Assembly: GCA_905479665.1 (NCBI GenBank)
Contig: CAJQNM010000598.1
Span: forward strand, 1 to 29,384
Source: an uncultured Saprospiraceae bacterium
GTDB lineage: Bacteria; Bacteroidota; Bacteroidia; Chitinophagales; Saprospiraceae
DNA: 29,384 nucleotides
Direction: 5' to 3'
Below, one piece after another: positions 24,102 through 29,384 of this stretch. The notes beneath the pieces were generated by a model. That model did not search any database, was not told the origin of the DNA, and was given only the letters and a program-made list of their open reading frames with translations. Within the stretch, counting starts at the first letter, position 1. The number at the start of each line of letters is the position of its first letter. A program made the translations under genes and the position numbers.

Positions 24102-25934
24102 ATGACAAGATATATCCTATTCCTACTATTTTCCGCCATCAGCCTATGTGCCTCTTCGCAGACCTCTAAGTTGGCTATGCAGTACTATGAGACCGGGGAG
24201 TATGAAAAAGCCGCCCAGCTCTTCAAAGAGCTGTACAACAATGAGAAGCGCACAGACTTTTATTTTGACAAGTACGTCGAAAGTCTCCTTGCCATGGAAG
24301 ACTTTCAGTCGGCAGAGAAGATAGTAGACAGTAGGTTGCGCAAAGAATCTGGAAATTTAAATCTACTGGTGATTCAGGGCAAGATCCTAGAAGCCCAGTA
24401 TAGAGAAGAGGAGGCAGAAAAAATTTACGAGACGGCCATCAAAAAGCTGCCCGCTGATCGACTTGCGATCGTCAAGCTTGGCAATGAATTTGTGAAGCTC
24501 AATAAGTTTGAACTGGCCATCAAGGCTTATGAAAAAGGCGCTCGCCTCCTGAAAGACGACATTATTTTTTCCTACAATCTGGGAGATCTCTATCGGCGCA
24601 AGCATGACGTGCCGAAAATGATCCATTATTTTTTGAATGCGATCGAGGCCAAGTCCGCCCGAACCGACAATGTTCAATTGTTGCTGCAGCGCTATCTGAG
24701 AGGTGACGATTGGGATGAGTTGCAAAGCCAGCTGTATGAGCGCCTGCAAGACCACCCGGACAATGTGCTGTACCCAGAAATGCTGGCTTGGGTATTTATC
24801 CAGCGGAAGGACTATCGCAATGCACTGCGTCAAGTCACAGCATTAGATCGACGCAATGGTGAAAACGGTAGCCGTGTGTATGATTTGGGTACCATGGCGA
24901 GCAATGCCAAGGCCTATGACGCAGCCATCAAGGCCTACGAATATTTGGTACAGAATAAGGATCCCAATTCACAGATTTATCTCGATGCAAAGCAAGATCT
25001 GCTCAATACCAAAAAGACAAAAATCACTACTGGAAATGGATTTGACCTTGTCGAGATACGGAGTTTGCGAGACGAGTACATCGCATTTCTAGACGAATTT
25101 GGACGTAGTAAAACGACAGGAAATATAATTTATGATTGGGCTAAAATGGAGGCCCTTTACCTCAATGATCTGGCCAAGGCAAGCGAGCTGCTTGAGGAGC
25201 TGATCGCCTATCCAGGTCTAAATAAATACCTACGGGCCAATGCCAAAGTAACCTTGGGCGATTACTATCTAATGCAAGGAGAGCGCTGGGATGCCACACT
25301 CTATTATTCTCAAGTGGACAAGGAGTTTAAAGATGACTTGCTGGGGCAGGTTGCAAGGTTTCGCAATGCAAAATTGTCATACTATACCGGCGATTTTCAG
25401 TGGGCACAAACACAGTTTGACGTCCTTAAGGCATCGACCTCCAAACTGATTTCGAATGATGCGATTGATTTGAGTGTCTTCATTATGGACAATATGGGGC
25501 TAGATACGACAGCCAAGCCGCTGGAAATGTATGCCCAGTCAGAATTGCTGGTTTTTCAAAATAGATTTGAGGACGCCGAGACAATGTGGAAGAAAATTGG
25601 TAGTGATTTTCCGGAACATGCACTGCAAGATGACATTCTTTATGCTCGAGCAAATATGCTGGTGGATCAAAGAAAGTATGATGATGCGGCAAAAATATTT
25701 GCCCAAATTGTGGAAGACTTTCCGGAAGAAATAAGAGCCGACAACTCGCTGTACAAACTTGCTCAGCTCAATGAGGTGCAACTGGAAAACACAGATCAAG
25801 CCATTGTCCTTTATGAAAGACTTTTTCTGGAATTTAGCGGCAGCACTCTGGCAGTAGACGCACGCAAGCGCTATCGTATTTTGCGAGGGGATTTTTCTGA
25901 AGAGGAAGAAACAGAAGAAGTACCAGAACAATAA
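24102..25934 (+). CDS. Secreted tetratricopeptide repeat protein
   Basis: Signal peptide and many TPR-like helical units (LAMQYYETGEYEKAAQLF, AYDAAIKAYEYL, ALQDDILYARA), with an acidic tail. A TAACTTCA -7-like box lies at 24072-24079. Confidence 0.88.
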   Translation: MTRYILFLLFSAISLCASSQTSKLAMQYYETGEYEKAAQLFKELYNNEKRTDFYFDKYVESLLAMEDFQSAEKIVDSRLRKESGNLNLLVIQGKILEAQYREEEAEKIYETAIKKLPADRLAIVKLGNEFVKLNKFELAIKAYEKGARLLKDDIIFSYNLGDLYRRKHDVPKMIHYFLNAIEAKSARTDNVQLLLQRYLRGDDWDELQSQLYERLQDHPDNVLYPEMLAWVFIQRKDYRNALRQVTALDRRNGENGSRVYDLGTMASNAKAYDAAIKAYEYLVQNKDPNSQIYLDAKQDLLNTKKTKITTGNGFDLVEIRSLRDEYIAFLDEFGRSKTTGNIIYDWAKMEALYLNDLAKASELLEELIAYPGLNKYLRANAKVTLGDYYLMQGERWDATLYYSQVDKEFKDDLLGQVARFRNAKLSYYTGDFQWAQTQFDVLKASTSKLISNDAIDLSVFIMDNMGLDTTAKPLEMYAQSELLVFQNRFEDAETMWKKIGSDFPEHALQDDILYARANMLVDQRKYDDAAKIFAQIVEDFPEEIRADNSLYKLAQLNEVQLENTDQAIVLYERLFLEFSGSTLAVDARKRYRILRGDFSEEEETEEVPEQ

Positions 25935-25944
25935 TCTCAGCCGC

Positions 25945-27114
25945 ATGATGCATTTTCAGCTCACCGAAGAACAGCGCGCAGTACAAGAGGCCGCTAGAGA
26001 TTTTACTCAAAGGACCCTCAAACCCGGTGTCATCGATCGAGATCGTGAAATGCGCTACCCCACGACGGAAGTACGTGAGCTCGGAGCGCTTGGGTTTTTG
26101 GGCATGATGGTTGGCCCTGAGTACGGTGGAGGGGGTATGGATACCCTTTCGTACGTTCTGGCGATCGAAGAGATATCAAAAATCGATGCCTCTTGCTCGG
26201 TGATTATGTCAGTAAATAATTCTTTGGTCTGTTGGGGACTGGAGACTTTTGGCAGCGAGGCCCAGAAGGAAAAATACCTGCCCAAACTCAGTACCGGAGA
26301 GTGGATTGGTGCATTTTGTCTCTCCGAACCAGAGGCAGGTAGCGATGCAACTAGTCAGCGTACCACCGCTATAGATCATGGGGATCACTACATACTAAAT
26401 GGCACCAAGAATTGGATCACCAATGGCAGTACAAGCAAAGTCCATCTGGTCATCGCTCAGACCGATGCGGGAAAAGGCCACAAGGGCATCAATGCGTTTA
26501 TCGTAGAGGCAAGTCAAGCAGGTGTTGAGATCGGAGCCAAAGAAGACAAATTGGGCATTCGGGCATCCGATACACACTCCATCACCTACACCGATGTACA
26601 TGTTCCGAAAGAAAATCGAATCGGTGAAGATGGCTTCGGATTTAAATTTGCTATGAAGACGCTGTCTGGAGGGCGAATAGGAATCGCAGCACAGGCGTTG
26701 GGCATTGCAGCGGGGGCATATGAGTTGGCACTGGCTTACGCTCAAGAACGTGTAGCCTTCGGCAAGCCGATCATGCAGCATCAAGCCATTTCATTCAAGT
26801 TGGCAGAGATGGCCACAGAAATCGAGGCAGCTCGACAGCTGGTCTACTATGCAGCTGCGCTAAAAGATCGTGGTCAAAATTATGATTTGGCAGGTTCTAT
26901 GGCCAAGCAATATGCGGCTGACACGGCTATGAAGCAATGTGTTGAGGCAGTGCAAATCCATGGCGGATATGGATATGTAAAAGAATATCACGTGGAGCGC
27001 CTTATGCGGGATGCGAAGATCACCCAGATTTACGAAGGCACTTCTGAAATTCAAAAATTAGTAATTTCTCGCGCCATTCTTAAGGGTGCACTTTATCCAC
27101 CTGCAGTACTCTGA
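25945..27114 (+). CDS. Acyl-CoA dehydrogenase (short-chain/butyryl-CoA type)
   Basis: FCLSEPEAGSDA, NGTKNWITNG, KLGIRASDT, GGRIGIAAQA, QIHGGYGY and IYEGTSEIQ (catalytic Glu). Confidence 0.95.
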   Translation: MMHFQLTEEQRAVQEAARDFTQRTLKPGVIDRDREMRYPTTEVRELGALGFLGMMVGPEYGGGGMDTLSYVLAIEEISKIDASCSVIMSVNNSLVCWGLETFGSEAQKEKYLPKLSTGEWIGAFCLSEPEAGSDATSQRTTAIDHGDHYILNGTKNWITNGSTSKVHLVIAQTDAGKGHKGINAFIVEASQAGVEIGAKEDKLGIRASDTHSITYTDVHVPKENRIGEDGFGFKFAMKTLSGGRIGIAAQALGIAAGAYELALAYAQERVAFGKPIMQHQAISFKLAEMATEIEAARQLVYYAAALKDRGQNYDLAGSMAKQYAADTAMKQCVEAVQIHGGYGYVKEYHVERLMRDAKITQIYEGTSEIQKLVISRAILKGALYPPAVL

Positions 27115-27117
27115 CCT

Positions 27118-28245
27118 ATGCTGGGCCAGTCCGTAAAAATTGCGACACTATTTAATATCCCGCTTAAGGTACACTGGACGTTTGCTTTTTTCTTTGTTTG
27201 GATAGCCTACATCGGCTATCAGATGGGGATGGATATGGCAGGAATAGCCACATTGTGTGGTTTTGCGATCGTGATGTTTTTCTGTGTGGTGCTGCATGAG
27301 TTGGGTCATTCACTCACTGCGGCTCACTATGGAGTCACAACGAAGGATATAATCATTAGTCCCATCGGTGGGGTAGCACGGCTCTCTAAAATTCCGGAAA
27401 AGCCAATGCAAGAATTACTGATCGCAATAGCTGGACCTGCGGTCAATTTGGTTATTGCTGTTTTGCTTTTTGTGGGATTAAGTCTGTTTGGCAATCAGGG
27501 CGTTGGATTAATTGGCGATCCAGACAAGATTTTTGAATTGCCCAGTAATTTCTTACCAGCACTTTTCTGGCTCAATATGGCACTCATTGTTTTTAATATG
27601 ATTCCGGCTTTTCCGATGGATGGCGGAAGAGTATTTCGGGCATTATTGGCCATGCGTCTCGATCGTGCACGTGCCACGCGTATAGCAGGGCGTGTCGGGC
27701 AGCTCATAGCGATCAGCTTCGCTTTTTATGGTTTCGCGTCGGGTGATTATCTCTTAATATTTATTGGGGCGTTTGTCTTTATTTCTGCCGCTAACGAATC
27801 TCGACATGTGCACGCAGACCAACGACTAGTCAAGGGGAAAGTTTCAGATATATTGCGTGGAGAATATACGACCATGTTGCTGTCTGATCCTATTTCGCAT
27901 GCCATTGAGAAGGTACGCGAAGGATTGGAGAAGGATTTTTTGGTTTTCGATGCCTGGGGATCTTTACGGGGTGTTTTGCATGAAGAATTTATTCGCGAAG
28001 CGGAAAAGCAAGCGGAGAATGGCCAGGAGGTAAGGCATTATTTATCGCAACACTATGAATCGGTCGGCCCAAATTTAGACCTCAAGCAACTACTGCAGAT
28101 CTTTCAGAGACAAGGGTATTCGATTATTCCGGTTTATCACGCCGATCAGATGGTAGGTGTAGTAGACCGTAAGGGTCTGACACAATTCCTAAATTCAACT
28201 CCCAAGTTATGGACCTTAAAAAACCTGCGAAGCAAATTTGGTTGA
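27118..28245 (+). CDS. Site-2 protease (M50) with C-terminal CBS pair
   Basis: HELGH zinc motif, IAIAGPAVN and FNMIPAFPMDGGR; C-terminal CBS-like repeats (LVFDAWGSLRGVL, IPVYHADQMVGVV). Confidence 0.92.
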   Translation: MLGQSVKIATLFNIPLKVHWTFAFFFVWIAYIGYQMGMDMAGIATLCGFAIVMFFCVVLHELGHSLTAAHYGVTTKDIIISPIGGVARLSKIPEKPMQELLIAIAGPAVNLVIAVLLFVGLSLFGNQGVGLIGDPDKIFELPSNFLPALFWLNMALIVFNMIPAFPMDGGRVFRALLAMRLDRARATRIAGRVGQLIAISFAFYGFASGDYLLIFIGAFVFISAANESRHVHADQRLVKGKVSDILRGEYTTMLLSDPISHAIEKVREGLEKDFLVFDAWGSLRGVLHEEFIREAEKQAENGQEVRHYLSQHYESVGPNLDLKQLLQIFQRQGYSIIPVYHADQMVGVVDRKGLTQFLNSTPKLWTLKNLRSKFG

Positions 28246-29240
28246 TTAATTTTTGGCTACTCTGTTGTCTGCCGAAGGTCCTGGCATTTACGGATAGTAT
28301 ACCCAGTGTATTTGATTATTTAGAGCGTTTTGATTCCCTTGAGCTGGTCGTGACCACAGATAGTAAGGCCTTGCTGCGCAAAAAGGATGAATACCAAAAT
28401 GCACAAATTCACTTCAAAAATGGCCTGCAAGAGGTGCTATCCGTGGAAGGTGAAATACGAACCCGTGGCAACGTTCGCAAGGAGATCTGCTACATGCCAC
28501 CGACCAAACTTAGGTTTGACAAGGCATTTCTTAAAGAACTAGGATACTCCACCTATCCAACATTGAAGCTTGTGAACGCCTGTAGTCTGCGAGATCCCGA
28601 TGAGATCTATGTACATGCTGAGCATTTAGTCTACCGTCTAAATCGTTTGTTTACACCGAATAGTTTTCGTACGATTCCCTTGCAAATTCGGTACATAGAC
28701 AGCGGAGGGAAACGCGATGACATGGAATTTTTTGCATTTATTATCGAGCACGAAGATCAAATGGCCGACCGGGCTGGCGGAGATATTTATGAGGGAAGTT
28801 TATTTAAAGAGCGCTCTCTTGAGCGATCTGCTTATTTAGAATTTTGCATGTTTCAATATATGATTGGAAATACCGATTGGAAAGTGCTCAATCAGCATAA
28901 TATGAAGATCCTGCGCGTGATGGATATCAGAAAAATATTCGCCGTGGCATATGATTTTGATTATTCGGGATTTGTCGGTACGCACTATTCGGTACCGCAT
29001 GAAAGCCTTTCCATTAAATCAGTAAAAGATCGCCTTTACCTCGGGCCATGCATGAGCCAGGATGAAATGATCGCTTGTCGAGATCGGTTTCTAACCAATA
29101 AAGAGGCTGTATTTACTTTGATAGATACCACTTCTGGCATGGGTGAGCGAAGCCAAAAAAGTTGTCGAAAATATATCGAGGACTTTTACGAAACACTTGA
29201 GAGCGATAGATCCTGCAAGAAAATATTTGCGTGCCCTTAG
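28242..29240 (+). CDS. Secreted hypothetical protein with CotH/HipA-like atypical kinase-fold motifs
   Basis: IRTRGNVRK, LKLVNAC, EHLVYRL, YMIGNTDW..HNMK and AYDFDYSG motifs, with a hydrophobic N-terminus. The start is uncertain: TTG 28242 (TTGA overlap with the S2P stop) or ATG 28209. Confidence 0.65.
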   Translation: MINFWLLCCLPKVLAFTDSIPSVFDYLERFDSLELVVTTDSKALLRKKDEYQNAQIHFKNGLQEVLSVEGEIRTRGNVRKEICYMPPTKLRFDKAFLKELGYSTYPTLKLVNACSLRDPDEIYVHAEHLVYRLNRLFTPNSFRTIPLQIRYIDSGGKRDDMEFFAFIIEHEDQMADRAGGDIYEGSLFKERSLERSAYLEFCMFQYMIGNTDWKVLNQHNMKILRVMDIRKIFAVAYDFDYSGFVGTHYSVPHESLSIKSVKDRLYLGPCMSQDEMIACRDRFLTNKEAVFTLIDTTSGMGERSQKSCRKYIEDFYETLESDRSCKKIFACP

Positions 29241-29286
29241 AGGGCTATAAGCCCTCTAAGGGCTAGTCGCCCTTAAAGAGCTCATC
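29233..29286. repeat. Three 18-bp tandem units of GCCCT-nnn-AGGGC; units 1+2 form a perfect 14-bp inverted repeat
   Basis: Units are GCCCTTAGAGGGCTATAA / GCCCTCTAAGGGCTAGTC / GCCCTTAAAGAGCTCATC. Arms 29233-29246 and 29250-29263 are exact reverse complements. Confidence 0.85.
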
Positions 29287-29384
29287 TACGTAATATGATC
29301 GTGTTGTTGCATTATAGCCATCCCTGCAACAGCAGGTACCACTTCGCATGATGCTCTGACACTGGCCCGTACGAAATGCATCTT

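Noticed and set aside
370-27707. Numerous short antisense/alternative-frame ORFs in the supplied track (e.g. 889..1173, 9691..10026, 13346..13780, 24387..24833, 25539..25946, 26395..26784)
   Set aside because: Each overlaps a longer ORF with clear family motifs and has no recognisable motifs of its own.
29233-29286. Mini-CRISPR interpretation of the 18-bp units
   Set aside because: The repeats are 13 bp with 5-nt spacers, far below CRISPR dimensions, and no cas genes are present.
29287-29384. 3' end of a convergent minus-strand gene at the right edge
   Set aside because: All three minus frames are open from the edge (stops at 29312-29314, 29286-29288 and 29263-29265) and none gives a recognisable peptide, so I cannot choose a frame.

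Overview
This 29.4 kb window is gene-dense and mostly housekeeping, and comes from a Bacteroidota chromosome. The evidence is TAnnTTTG -7 promoter boxes, A-rich start contexts without Shine-Dalgarno motifs, a type IX secretion PorQ-like gene, and Bacteroidota-type TonB, PpiD and DUF3109 proteins. A Saprospirales/Chitinophagales-like host is my inference only. About 26 CDS are supported: hemA, smpB, dipeptidyl peptidase IV, a membrane-anchored MutS-domain-V ATPase, an AlkB-family monooxygenase, a DJ-1/PfpI lipoprotein, lptB, xerD, porQ, a PpiD-like PPIase, eukaryote-type citrate synthase, gcvH, TonB, a TPR protein, acyl-CoA dehydrogenase, a site-2 protease and a secreted kinase-like protein, among others. 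I found no rRNA, tRNA, CRISPR array, prophage or transposase. The most unusual signals are: (i) a ~160 bp MITE-like element with terminal inverted repeats and an internal bulged hairpin (11463-11624); (ii) a triple 18-bp nested palindrome at 29233-29286 whose core resembles the MITE ends; (iii) a phased TCTnnnn heptamer array (24006-24057); (iv) a coupled mutS-like/alkB/DJ-1 gene trio; (v) an internally duplicated hypothetical protein at the left edge; (vi) a site-2 protease coupled to a secreted CotH/HipA-like kinase-fold gene. I cannot claim a new multi-gene system from sequence alone, so these are candidates. All family assignments come from motif recognition, not database searches.
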